DNA of 64,000 bases from Parasitella parasitica NRRL 2501 (GCA_025201805.1 MU619329.1:42154-106153), one strand, 5' to 3'; shown: positions 11,905 through 25,899, numbered from the stretch's first letter. A program made the numbers and translations. The notes: generated by a model not told the origin, from the sequence alone.

Positions 11905-13943
11905 ATGGTGGTAATAAGCTACAATACGTTTTAAATCATCTATGACTAATTTCAACGCACCCGATAGTTCAATCCAATTCCAGTTAAAGAAGGTTTTCTT
12001 TGTGTACAATGCACATTAGCCAAGTAAATAGCTAATTCTTTAGTTGTATAGCTCAAGATTTTATTGAATTTGTCAACAAGTCTCCTTCTCCTTTTCATGC
12101 TACTTTTGAGGCCTCAGAAATTCTCAAGGCTGCTGGTTTTAAAGAGATCAAGGAGCGTGATAGTTGGAATGATGGCCTTATTCAGCGTAATGGTAAATAT
12201 TTCTTTACTCGAAATGGCTCTGCCCTTGTAGCTTTTGAAGTTGGTGGCAAGTACAATCCTGGCAATGGTTTCTCCATTATTGGAGCCCATACTGATTCTC
12301 CTTGTCTCAAGGTGAGCTATTTCACTTAAATTTTGGTTGTCGCTCATGTTAGTGTTATCACTCGGTAGATCAAACCTATTTCCAAAAAAGATAAATCAGG
12401 ATATCTTGAGGTTGGTGTACAACTTTATGGCGGTGGTATCTGGTAAGACGAGAGAAAAGGACAGTAGACGAGTGATATTCATACACACATCTGCTTATTA
12501 GGCACACTTGGTTTGACCGAGATTTGAGTGTAGCTGGTCGTGTTCTTGTTGAACAAGAAGATGGTACCTTTAAGCATACTTTGGTCAAAGTTGACAGGTA
12601 ATATCTTCGAAGTGTAACCATCAAAGTAGCAACAAAAAAAAAACTAAATCATGCCGTGATAGACCTATTTTGCGCATTCCTACCCTAGCAATTCACTTAG
12701 ACCGTACTGTTAATGAAAAGCTCACATTCAACAAGGAAACTCAATTAGCTCCCATCCTTGCCACCGCAGCAAAAGCGTAAGTAGTCAAAGCGTATCATGA
12801 AAAAGTACGATAATGAACCCTTATTGTAGTCAATTATCTGGTATCGAAGCTACCGAGGATGCTGAAGCTACAGCAAATCACCATCCCCTGTTAATTCAGA
12901 TTTTGGCTGATGAAATGAACGTTAAGCGTGAGTCTTTCTCTAGTAACTGCTCCATTTGATGACTCATATTTCTTTAAAACAGCTCATCAAATCCGCGATT
13001 TTGAATTAGCCGTCTATGACACCCAAAAATCTGTAATTGGTGGTGCCTGCAATGAATTCATTTTTTCTCCTCGTCTCGATAACCTGGAGATGTCCTACTG
13101 TTCAATCATTGCATTGACTCAAGCCAAGGATATTGACAACGACAGCAACATCCGTATTGCCGCTCTCTTTGACAACGAAGAAGTTGGATCCTTGACCGCC
13201 CATGGCGCTGATTCCAACCTTTTACCTGTTACTCTACAGCGCTTAGCCAATACACATGTCATTGATGCTGTCAAGAATGTATCGTTGACAGCTTTTGAGG
13301 AAGCCATCCACAAGAGTATTCTAGTTAGCGCTGACATGGCACACGCCATTAACCCCAACTACCCTGATAAACATGAAGAAAACCATCGCCCTGAGATGCA
13401 CAAGGGCACTGTCATTAAGGTGAATGCTAACCAGCGTTATGCTACCACCGCCGTAACAAGCCTGGTATTAAAGGAATTAGCAAAAAAGCATCAAATCCCA
13501 ATCCAGGTACCGATCACAAGAACAAAGAAATGAGCATGCTTACTAAAATTTCAAGTGTAGGAATTCGTTGTGCGTAATGATTCTAGCTGTGGCTCCACTA
13601 TCGGTCCAATGTTGAGTGCTAAGCTTGGTCTCCGTACAGTTGGTAAAGTATATTTATACATATATATTAAAATCGAGGGAGAGCAATACAAGGGGAAAAA
13701 TTCTTGAGATTTTTTTTTTTTCTTTGCTGATACGTGTTTGTAGATATTGGTAATCCTCAATTGAGCATGCATTCGATCCGTGAAACTGGTGGTACAGAAG
13801 ATGTCAAGCATGGTATTGATTTGCTCAGAGTAAGTTTGATCTACATATGCTCTCTAGAGTAACATACTGACGCAGACATTGCATTTAATCAGGTATTTTA
13901 CGAGGAATTTGCTGTATTGGAAGAAAAGTTCATAGTCGATTAA
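11905..13943 (+). CDS. APE4: Aspartyl aminopeptidase (M18 family, Ape4/DNPEP)
   Basis: [55 protein letters not shown]. Predicted 6-nt and 25-nt first coding exons. Confidence 0.93.
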
Positions 13944-14159
13944 TTTACAAGGAGGTGTTTCTCCATATGTCGTATAACATGGTAACATCGCATAACGCAC
14001 TGAGTTCCAATGCACAATGAATAATAAACACACTATTATCTGGATCATGATGAGGCTTTGACTGATTTTTCTGGCTATTTTATCTCTTTTACTTTTTCTT
14101 TCCTTGGACCCTTTCTTCCTGATAACGGTTTTTCTTTTCTGCTCAACGTATACATTTAT

Positions 14160-15663
14160 ATGGAATCTACTGATACGAGCAACAATCTATATGAAACGCT
14201 TGGCATAACCAAATCAGCTACTGCTGATGAGATTAAAAAAGTAAATCAAAAAATTTTGATACACATGCCAGTATTGACTGACATGCTCGAACAATGTTAG
14301 GCCTACCGAAAATTAGCATTGCGTTACCATCCGGACAAAAATCCCAATAGCACAGACAAAGTGAGTATAGTGCCATAGTGTCTGTCTAAGACTTGCCATA
14401 CTGACGTCTCTTTCTAGTTTAAAGAGATCAGCCACGCGTATGAAGTGCTTGGAGATGAACACAAGAGAAGAGTGTATGATAAGTATGGAGAGCTCGGTCT
14501 GCAGATGATGGACACTGTGGTCAGCCCTTTATTTGATCCTCAAGTCGAGTCTATGCTGTGTACTATATTGATGTCAGCGTCTTTACTATTCTCGCTGGTC
14601 ATCATCTTCCTTGCGTTCCTGACGGTTCGCATTGACAATCTTGTTTTGTGGTCATGGTCGGTTGTGTGGATCCCGGCGTGGATCTTGAATGTATTCGTAT
14701 TCTACTGTCTTGTTCAATACATATTGAAGCGCACAGAGAAGCAGGAAAATCAAGAGCAAGAGAACGGAGAAACAGAAGAGCATGCCAGTCGACTCAAACA
14801 ACATGAACAACATTTGAAAATAGCCAAGAATACTATTCTCATGGTGAATTTTGTGCTGGCCCTTTTATTCCAGATCTTTATTGTGCTACGACTAGATGGC
14901 AAAGTGATGTGGGCAGCATGCCAGGTGTTCATCCCTTATTTTGTATATGAAGGGATTCGATTTTGTGTCGATTGTATCAAAGCATTGGTGGGCTGTTTAG
15001 CACTTGTGTCATTGAAGGAATTAAGCCGAATGCCGTCATTCTTGTTCAAGCAATTCTGGTTCAGCGCCTTGAGATTCTGCTTGTTTTTGCTTATTCCTTT
15101 GCGTATTGATCAAATCATACAGTGCTCTTGGGGTGTTGTGTTTATTCCACTTTATCTGGTCGGTATGAAATGGGCCCTGGAACTAGTGTATCGTTATCGA
15201 GTGTATTCAAAGATGACTCAGCCCGAGGTTGCACATCAAGGCAAAGTGACAGTACTGGCAGGAGCAGTTTTGTTTTGTATCGTGAGTGCCTTGTTTTATG
15301 CTCTGGTTGGGTTGATTGCGACAAGATTGGATGGATATCTATTTATAAAAATGGGCAACGTGTTTGTGCCATTATTTATTGTTTTCGTAAGTGTTTCGAG
15401 TAGAGTATTATACAAATACACAAATACACTAAGTCTGCGCACATGTATAGTCTTTCTTTTTATGTTGCTCCGGGTGCTGCCTTCCGTGTCTTTTGCAAGT
15501 ATCAGCTATCTCTGACTTGGAAGCCCATGAAACACAAACCTTGGTAGATGCAAATAGACGTATTACTGCATCTGGTGAATCCTATGCTATTAATGAATCC
15601 AGTACTGCTACGGCTTTTACGGCAACAAGCCCACCCACAGTAAGCAGTAGCCTGGCTAAATAA
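14160..15663 (+). CDS. DnaJ domain + TMEM185-like multi-pass membrane protein with Cys string
   Basis: J domain (YRKLALRYHPDKN); four R[IL]D-x(n)-V[WF][IV]P transmembrane repeats; C-terminal LCCSGCCLPC. Confidence 0.82.
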
Positions 15664-16884
15664 TAAGAGCAGTTTTCAATCCTTTTGTATTTTTAATAAT
15701 TTCTTAATATATACACTCTCATACCATACATCTGTTAAAAAAAATCTTTTCATTTTAAATCACATCATATATATCATGCATACTCTTAGTAGTATTATGA
15801 AATTGTCATTATATGCTAGATATACGATGTTGTCGTCGTGCGTTAAATATTCCAACAGCACCATGTTCATACTGTTCGTTTGGTTCATTTTGAAAAATAA
15901 TGTGCATATTCGAAGGTGTGTACTTGACAAGCCGACACCAAACGTCAACTAGTCAAATTTGCGGTTCCAAAGCTATCCATTTCAAATCGATCTCTTGATT
16001 GAGTTTTTTGTAAGTGATTGGACCCCCTAAATTATTCCGCCCTGATAATGGCATTGTATTGAACAGCGCGTATATCAAGAATTTTTCGACCCCTTTTTCC
16101 ACCTCTTGAAATACAAGTAGACATGTACTTGCGGGATTGAGAGAAGTATAAAAGCCGTCGCATTTACTTTTCTTTGTGAGCTCTGTTGATGTTGAAACAT
16201 AGTGGTCATCTGCCGTTTCCTGATACCAGAGTTCTCATTGTCATGTTGATTTTTTAGCTGTTCATAGCATTTTACTAAACAAACTAGTGCCTGGTCTATG
16301 GTCCTATGGAAGAACATAATCAGTGTTGTCTGAATATTTTTACCAAAGGAATGATAAAGAGCAATGGATTGGTGTCACCAATTACAATAACATCATTATC
16401 CGAGAAGGGTTATCTTCTACATGCTTAATCTTTGACGACAATTTATTTCTGCTAAACGGAGATCACAGGCGGATAGAACAGCATATAATAGATATGCATA
16501 GTGGTGATCAAGAAGTAAATAGTAGTGATCCGTTACAAATTTTTATTGTGAAAACCTAATTATTAATCAAGTGTAATACTAATGGTCAATTTTCGCACTG
16601 AAGCCTTATGGCTATAGCATTATGTAATATGAATCACTGCGTACAACAAGATAGCGCTTAAAATAATAGTTGTTTCTGACCTCAGGTTAACTGACAGAGA
16701 AATTCATTCAATACGTTCAAACGCCATACCTAGCAATGCATTCCACAGGTCATGTAATCCCTAATTTTATGTGTGCAATCTGAATTTCTGTATGCGTGCA
16801 AAGTTTTCCTCCGTCTGTGCAATAATTTATTAATGGTAATAGTTTAGACTGTTCGCTATATGTACAAATGCCCAAGTTTTGGTC

Positions 16885-17873
16885 TTAATTACTTGCGCCA
16901 GCAGCCATTTCTTGTGCTTCTTCGTCGCTTTCATTGATAAATGATGCAGTTGGCATTGCCGCTGTTGATAATTGTTGGAATCTTTGTCTCAGAGACGCAA
17001 TTGAATAGGCCTCTGGCATATTACCTGGCAAAACACCAAGACGATTTACAATTTCGCTTTCAATTTGGGGGTAAATTTCGTCACTTGTTTTGCCTCTAAC
17101 ATTCACAACGATATGCTGATAATGATCTAATAAAGGGGATGCCATAGCGTGATGCTGGTCTAGACGTACTTTGAATACTTCGGGTGTGTCATCTGGTCTC
17201 TTGGACAAAGGCTCGCCTGTGATATCGTCTAAACCTGGTACGCGGGGTGGATTGTAAGATAGATTGTAGACTCTACCAGAGGGAATGTGGACCCAGCGAT
17301 CCATGATCCTCTGCAAAATGACGTCTTCAGGCACTTGTAAATTGATGACTAAGTTTAATGGTTGCATTAATTTATTCAACGTAGCATCCAAGGCCTCTGC
17401 TTGGCCAATTGTTCTAGGAAAGCCATCCAATAGCCAGTTCTAAGCGACGTCGTTTAGAATATGTTGATGATGAGCATCAAAAAAATACTTACTGTGTTGC
17501 CAACATTCAACAGCTCAGAGTCAATCAAAGAAGTGAGCAGGGCGTCTGGCACTAATTTTCCATCTGAAACGTACTGTTGAGCCTTTTTTCCCAAGGAGGT
17601 TTGGTCTGTAATGTTTTTTCGAAGCAGATCGCCACTGGATAAATGAGCAACACCAAAGTTCCTTTCTAATTTACTCGACTGGGTTCCTTTACCAGATCCC
17701 TACATATTCACAGTTACTACATAGGCAACATTTTCCCACAGAGATTGTGCAGAACTTACGGGACAACCTATCAACAGCAGCCGTAAAGGCTGGATGGCGT
17801 TTGTTGGGCAATCATAAAAAGCACGGATTTGCTTGTTGGAGAATTTGATAGATCGACTTATATTGCGCAACAT
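16885..17873 (-). CDS. Mitochondrial GTP:AMP phosphotransferase (AK3/Adk2-type adenylate kinase)
   Basis: Basic presequence, GCPGSGKGTQ, HLSSGDLLR, WLLDGFPRT and LID RWVHIPSGRVYNLSYNPP. Confidence 0.9.
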
Positions 17874-20800
17874 ATGAAAGAGAGATTTGATGAAGAAGTA
17901 AAAACCAGCAGAAAAAAGGGCAACGGAATATAATTTATCTTTTCGATATGACTTTATTTGGGCACAAAGATAAGATCAAAAAGGCGTTTTTTTTTTCACC
18001 TAATGATCCTTATGTAACCCACTAAAAAGAATTTGTACTTGGTTTTCGGATCTTACCATTTAAATTCCAGACGCTTGATAATACAGCGGTTCCATTCTGA
18101 AAGTCCTTTTTGGAATCTTACATTGTGTCTCGCAGCTCAAAGCTCGCTTTTTTATTGACAAACAGCTAAAATTCATGTGAAAAAAAAACAAAAAAAACAA
18201 AAAGCAAAACAAACTTTGGGAGTGGAGTGGAGTCGCTGTAAAAACTGTCGCTAATCCACATTTACTATAAGATTGGTGTGTCTGAACACCCGATGAGTCT
18301 TACATATACCGTTTGTACTCTTTTTGAGTCTTGATGGATTCTATTTACAAAGCCATCCGGAGCTGTTCAATCTGCTACAAAAGAATATATAATATATCAC
18401 GTTTCAAAATCAATTGAAATAAGATCATCTAGCTTTTTCAGTGAGTCCCAGAAAATGTAATGAGTTGCAGTTACTGTACTAGTACGGTATTAGAATGTAT
18501 TCTCTTAGCTTGGGATCCAAACAGTTTTTTTTTTTTTTTTTCAGTGAAAGCACCTACATTCTCTGTAAATTAAACTCATAGTGTGAACCAAACAATCTAT
18601 CACATCAATACCTACAAGTCGATATGCTGATCACATCCGTAGCTCTGCTGTTTCTGATGATGATTGAAATCTCGTGGCGACTGGAATGGATCCCTACCGT
18701 TTGTTTCCTATGGTTGTAGGGGTGGAATAAATCATCAACTTAAATCTGAAGCGTTTTAATTGAATAAAAGTAGAAAATATAGGTTTTTTAATGAAAACAT
18801 GATTATACATTTCGAAAAGAAAAACATCATGTTTATCATCGTTGATGTAGTGCATTTCATTTTTCTTCTGCCAGAATATGCACTATAACCACCGCGGTAG
18901 AAAAAAAAAGGTAGACACGGTATACGGGTAAAAAGGCAAAACCTATTTTTTCCTTGGGAAATGATTGATTTATCAGAAAAACTTGATAGGAATTGTGGAA
19001 TCAGTATAATATGTTTTATAGGTTTACTGAAAAAAATCAAATATAAAATCAATAAATTACAACTTGATAAAGGCATAGGTTTTATTATCAAATCGACAGG
19101 TGTTGCAAGATCTCGTTCATCTACTGGCAAGGTTGATGAACCTTTACATACTTTAGCTAAGGTTAAATCTTCTACTCTCGTAATTTAACATGTACGACAG
19201 TTCTGATTAATTAGCACCTTAACTTTGTGCTAACTGACATATCAGCAGACTAAAGATAACTTCAGTCTATCTAGGTGAATAAATGGACTTTACCCTAAGT
19301 ACCCTGAGCAATCTTCTATACGAAGATTATTAATTGGTATTCATCTCAGCATATATCGGTATATGTAGCATGTCTATAGCATTGTACATCTTATTAACTG
19401 TGCACATTTGTAGTCTATATCAATTTGAGGTAACTGGATGAATCTAAAAGTAAAATGCAGATTATCATAGTGAATGTATTTCACATCAGCTATCGATTCA
19501 TATCAAGACATACCCAAGTTACTTCGTAGATTCATGCTTTGCTCTTCAATTGAAAATAAGTAGGTACCCTTATTTACAGCGAATAAAGAGGCTGTTGATT
19601 GAATCTCAGCACTGTGTTTCCATTTGGCCCAGCTTTTTTCGCATAGTTCATTGCTGGATATCTCATAAACGCAATAGGTATACCGGATATGCGTACCAAG
19701 TGTTTTATAACAAAAATTAAATTCTGCATCCAATCATATAAATTACAAGGGTATAAAAATATCTTTTCTTATTGACAATTTTCAAATATTCAAAAAACGC
19801 CTTTTTTGATAGTTTTTAAGTAAAATCAAGCATATTTTGAGCACACTCAGCTCTATAAAGTTGACCAAACAAACCATAATCTCAATGCCTACGCATCAAT
19901 ATTTTTTACGCAGCTGTAGCTCTATTATGTCTGCCAAAAATCAAAATCTTGTGGCGATCAAAATGAATCTACGATTTTCCGGCCCTATACTTAGAGGGCC
20001 AAAATGAACCCATTCAAAAGGGTAAAAATCAATTCCGTTTTTCGAGATTTTCTCGCTCAAAAATTGGTATTTTTTGATCAAACAAAAACTATTCCGTAGC
20101 TGTGTTGTAGCTCTATGTTTATATTGCTATATCATGTATCTTTAAATACTATTTATTGCTCTGAAAGTTGTGAAAATATATGAAGCCTCTGCTAAAAACC
20201 AATACGTCTAGTAGAAAATTAAGTTTCAAAAAGATTTTAATAATCACTCAAACCAAAGTGTCATAGTAGCTTTTTGAGAAACAGGTGGACAAAGTTTGAC
20301 GTAAAAAGACAAAATTGGCCCAAGCTTGTCGAATTCGAGATCACGTACGACATGTTTTATACCAGTACGTGTACCAAAATGTGCTTTATTATTTTACTTA
20401 GGAACTTGAAATTGGTTTAGTTGCAAAATATGGTACTTGTTATAGGAACATATGCTGTAAAATTTGGAAAATCTGCAAAATTTGGTTTTGGGAATATCTC
20501 GACAGCAAAGATAGATAGCGAGAATCGGAAGACGTAGTGAGGTACAGCTATCATACTAGAATTAACCTTTGTTCTTAGTTTGGACCTCAAATTCGTACCT
20601 AAAAATGACCCTGAAGGTTGACCCAAAGTTGAAAACTGAAAATCGAATATGAGGTTTGGGGTCCAAACATAGCAAGATCTAAAAAATGGCCAGAGGTTCA
20701 TAGAACTCGGACATGTTGTAAAATGCTGCAAAAAAAGAAGAATTTAGCTGAAGGTTGTGTTTCTATCGCATAATAGTTTGTAAAGATATCAGAGATTGTA

Positions 20801-21648
20801 GATTATGCTTTTAAGCGGGGGAAAAGGTGATGGTTTAGATTGTATTGCTATTATTTTGGCCATAAATAAAAGTATAAAAAAAAAACTTAATGCTATATTT
20901 TGTGGCATATCAATTATTTATATATACCAAGGTAGCTTTATGTTGCTTTTTGAATCAATGCCTTAATCCTATATTGGAAGAAAATGCAATAATGCAACGA
21001 TGACTGTATACACAGTAACTCGAAACTCAGCGGGACGTTTGCGTTCGATTTTACATCAAACCCTAGGATATACATACAAAATGAGCATGCTGCAAACTCA
21101 AACTTTGTCGGGAAAAAGGTTTTATAATCTAACAATTGCACTGAAATTAGATCACCAAAACTATTCGGAACCTACAGTCATTTGTGCTTTAATATGTCCT
21201 TCATCAAAATTTGTATGCGTTTTCATAGGATCAATTGTGTGATTGACTTTGAGGATACACAAAAAGCCAAATTAAAACATCCTTTACTAATAAAATAAAA
21301 ATCCTTACAAAAATATTAGGAAAACATACAGAAATCGTGAGCATAAAAGATCTTGTATTATTTTTTGTTTAATGAAATCCTATACAAAATCAATCCTTTG
21401 ACAGAAAGAGCTTAATACACACGTCCCATTGAGATGATACTTGAAGGCTGAAAATACTTATACGTATCAGATGAGAAAGAAAAGAGTTATTCATGTTGTA
21501 TAATAGGTAATTCATAAAAAAGAGAGACGTGTTTATTGCTTAATTATATCATAGATGAGTTTGGTACATTCCGCTACATGATAGTTCTAAAATGACTAGT
21601 TAAGCATTCTATTATATCAGTTTCAAAATTACTCTCCATCAACAATTT

Positions 21649-23071
21649 TCAACTAATAGGGAATGGCTTTATATTTAAATTACCATTCTTCTGTATGAGA
21701 TCAATCACAAAGGAAAATACAGCTTGCATATTCTTCTCGTCGTTTTGTTTTATTGCCTGTTGGATTGCAGATTTAATCAACTCAATAACTGGGTTGAACT
21801 GGGGTGTGTCGCCTTGTAAGCTTTGAATTACTTTGAGGATGATGCCCAAGATATAAATAGCATCAGGCGCTGATGCCGCAGGTGTTGATGTTTGTGTAGG
21901 CAAAGATAAAGAAGGAAACCTTGCAGATGTTGTGATTGTTACTGTAGATATTACTGACTGACTAGAAGTTACTGTTGCTGTAATTGTTTCTGGTCTTGTC
22001 ATCTCGTTGGTGATTATAACGGTTTTTGTGATGGTATCTTTACCCGTATTATTGCTGCAGAGTTTACTGGAAATAGAGCCAGGAACGGCAGTTTCAGTTT
22101 GGAAGAAATTATCCCAAAGACATCCCAATGTCTTTGTGATTGTCGCAGTTGTCGTTGACGTTGATGGGGTGGCGGTTACAGTTACATATTCTTTGCTAGG
22201 TATTGATGTTACAGTAACGTATTCTCTACTGGGAGTAGATGTTACAGTAACGTATTCTTTACTGGGAGTAGATGTTACAGTTACATATTCTTTACTGGGT
22301 GTAGATGTTACAGTTACATATTCTTTACTTGGCGTAGATGTCACAGTAATATATTCCTTGCGAGGTGTAGACACAACAGTAACGTACTCTTTACTTGGTG
22401 TAGCTACGACAGTAATATATTCTAGATTTTTTTGAGTCGTTGTGGAATTATTGAATACAGTTGTAGTGTTGAAAACAGTAGTTGTTTTCCTTTGTCCAAA
22501 AAAGTCGAATCCATCTGTTGTAATTGTCTTTGTGGATGTGGCAGTAGTCGTAGTAGTCGTAAGAGGAATTGTTTCAGTTTTAGTAGTCGTGATAGTATAT
22601 ATGCCGAATGGGCCCGGCGTTGGCATTACAGTTGTTGTATACACAGATGCTAAGGCGCTACATATTTCTGGCATTACCACTTGTCAATGTAAACACAAAT
22701 GGTTGAGGTGAGTATTATGTTTTGGCAAAAACACAATCGTTTGGGCATTTACATCTTACTGGGGTTTGTGCACTGGTCGCTGGAATTGTTGCATCACTCA
22801 ATAGCAAAGATGGCGAGCTTGGGTTCCAGGGACCACCAGATAAGTTATCAGGGTTTAGGGATTGCAATACTTTTGCTGAAACGCTACTAAAAAATTGATC
22901 ACCCGAGCTTGAAAACTAATGAATGAATTTAATATGAGATTAATCCATAAAAATTACTGTTCCAATTCATATTACACTCTGAGTATAAACATTTCTCAAT
23001 GGTACCCTAGCAGCAGCAAATACAGAGCATTTGATCTGTAATAGAAAATGCAATAAAAGTAGCATCTTCAT
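21649..23071 (-). CDS. Secreted Thr/Ser-rich mucin/adhesin-like protein
   Basis: Signal-peptide-like MKMLLLLHFLLQIKCSVFA in exon 1; Thr-rich main exon with 8 repeats of 11 aa. Confidence 0.7.
22162..22425 (-). repeat. Coding minisatellite, 8 x 33 bp (KEYVTVTSTPS)
   Basis: Visible in DNA and translation. Confidence 0.92.
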
Positions 23072-23761
23072 GCTTGTAGACAACTTCAACACAACAAAAA
23101 GGTTACGAAAAGAGTAGCATCCACATACAACGTATTAGAACTTTAAATAAAAGCCAGAATGTTTGGATCTTGACCTACATTCTTTGGTATTGTTTCCATA
23201 CATATCTCATTCTAATATATTTTATATATTTACATATGACAGAGATATCTTCTTGAACATACGTATAATTCCGCCTTTCAGATTTAAAGACATTCTAGTA
23301 TCAATGCTATTGGTTCAACTCCGTTTTATCACAATAAGTAATTTCAGTTACTTGCATTGATTGCTAGTAAATTCAACATTTTTTCGTCGTTTGTTCATTT
23401 CGTGCTTTTGTTGTTATCAGCGACTTTTAAGAGTCCATACTGCTATTATTTTTGAAGATTTAATGAGGATATCGCAGGTCAAGCAGGGTTTGCACTTGAA
23501 CATTTAATGATAAAGGATTGACATAAGAAATTTTCTTTCTGTGAATTTTTTGTTCTAATATCATCTAAGTTGTATTTTATTCATTTTTGTAAATAAACTT
23601 TTGTTGTTGTATAAAAAAAAAAAGTATAAATACGAGAGTTTCGATTTAATTAATTTACGTAGAGCTAAAGAAAAGGAAAAGCTTTTGAGAATATGTGAAA
23701 TGGAATAGAGGAAAATGTGAAAGAAGAAATTATATATATATAAAAAAGAAATCGAAGATAT

Positions 23762-25643
23762 TTACAACTTGACATTCTTTCTGAGTGTTTCCTTGTATTC
23801 AGCAATGGAACCAGAGAAAGGTTCAACTTTTCCGTTTTCACAACGCCAAATTTGCTTTGCAACTTGAGAAATCAAACGGAAATCGTGAGAAACAAGCACT
23901 ACACCACCGCTGAAAGCGTTGATGGCATCGGCGAGGGAGTCAATGGACTCCATATCCAAATGATTAGTAGGTTCATCCAACAAGATGATGTGAGGACGGA
24001 GAACAGATAATTCTGCAAATACAAGACGAGACTTGAGACCATCAGAAAGAGTACTGATGAGAGATGTTTGATGAGAACCACTCAAACCAAAACGACCGAG
24101 TTGAGAACGCCAGTGCGCAATATCAGTGGAAACACTGGGGAACTTATCACGCATGTAATCGATAGGTGATTTGGTTTGATCGAGTTGGTCATTAGAGTGC
24201 TGAGAGTATTTACCAAGCTTCAAAGCAGTATGAGGTTGAACGCGACCATCCGTAGGGTGGAGCTCCTTGTTCATCAGCTTAAGCAAAGTAGACTTACCAG
24301 CACCATTAGGTCCGACTAACGCGACACGGGAATCCATATCAAAACCCAATTCGAGATGTCTGTAAAGACAGTTAGCCATATTACCATCATAAGAGAAAGA
24401 AACATCCTGGAAGGCGAGAACAGGGGGAGGAAGTTTTTCGACATTAGTGAAGGTAAACTTGAAAGGCAACGGATTCTCGACTTTTTCAATGAGACCGGCA
24501 GCTTCCATCTTATCGATGATCTTCTGCTTGGACTTGGCTTGTCTAACCAAGTTGGCATAAGTACCGGCAGAAGCAATGAATTTCTTAATATGAGCAATTT
24601 CTTCTTGTTGCTTAGCATAAGCTTTAGCTTGGTTGACTTCATTTTCTTCCTTGGTCTTGATAAACATATCATAATTACCACCGTAGTAGTTAAGCTTACG
24701 CTTATGGGTCAAGTGCATCATGTTGGAACAAACACCGTTCAAGAAATCTTGAGAGTGAGAAACGATAACAAGAATACGATCATAAGTTTTCAAGTATTCT
24801 TCAAGCCAGACAGTGGCTTCCAAATCCAAATGGTTAGTAGGCTCATCCAAAAGCAACAAGGTAGGCTTAATGAAAAGAGCACGGGCAAGGGCAACACGCA
24901 TTCTCCAACCACCAGACATGTCCTTGGTCATTTTCTTCATCTGTTTGGTATCGAAACCCAAACCAGCCAAAAGAGTACAGGCTCTAGTCTCAAAAGTAGC
25001 GGGATCCATTTGTTCAATACGCTCATAGATGTCATCCAACAATGGGTTGTCTCCTGCATCTTCCTCACCGAGAAGATCCTCGACTTGCTTTTCAAGACGA
25101 GCAACTTCCTTTTGAGCAGAGGCAATTACAGCTTCGATTGCGTTTTGATCAGACGGCTCAGCTTCTTGGTTCAAAAGATAGATCTACAATTAAATGCATG
25201 AGTAAAGGCATTTAACTGATGTTGTCTCCCCATCTTTCTCTCTTTGGTATACACTTAATACTTACATCGATATGTTCAGGAATTTCCATATCACGACCGG
25301 CAAGGGATGCCAAGAAGGTAGATTTACCAGAACCATTAGCACCAATGAGACCATAACGTCTACCAAAATTGAGTTCGATAGAGGCATTGTCAATCAATAC
25401 ACGACCGTGGAAATTAAGAGAGAATGAATCAATTTTGATATCTCTACTTCTCTCCTGAGAGGAGTAAACACCGGTGGCAGTACGATCAGTGCTAATCTTG
25501 AGGTTATCAAGCTTCAAATCTTCAGTAGAGTTGTTTTCTGAAGCCATCATGGGTGTATTCTTGCCAGAAGACAGAGGAGTACCCTTCTTGGCTGCTCTAG
25601 CTGCGAGACGCTTGGCCTTGGATGCAGAGATATTTGCACTCAT
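23762..25643 (-). CDS. ARB1: ABC-F ATPase ABCF2/Arb1
   Basis: Two ABC domains (GANGSGKST, MSGGWRMR, LDEPTNHLD; GPNGAGKST, LSDGLKSR), no transmembrane segments, one intron. Confidence 0.93.
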
Positions 25644-25899
25644 CGTTTGTATATTCCTTTAGTGTAGTAAAAGAAAAATAAAGAAGGCAAGAGCAAGGTA
25701 CTTATTTAAAGAAAACTTTTTCTTTACTCTAAAACCGATGTGACTCCTCTGCTTAAAAGCTTTCATTGGCTTGCAAATCGACACTATTATAGCGCTATCA
25801 CTGTTACAGCCACAATGTTTGCATCTGCAAAACGCTCAAATTCGCTTTACATTACCCAAAAGTCCGTCTTTATTATCTTTGAAATTCTCTTTAAAACTT

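Noticed and set aside
22162-22425. Regular 33-bp repeats as a CRISPR-like array
   Set aside because: Head-to-tail in-frame coding repeats with synonymous variation and no spacers.
24356-25201. Long plus-strand ORF of 281 aa (also 41583-42083, 22007-22435, 43984-44430)
   Set aside because: Antisense shadows of well-supported, codon-biased genes, with no motifs of their own.
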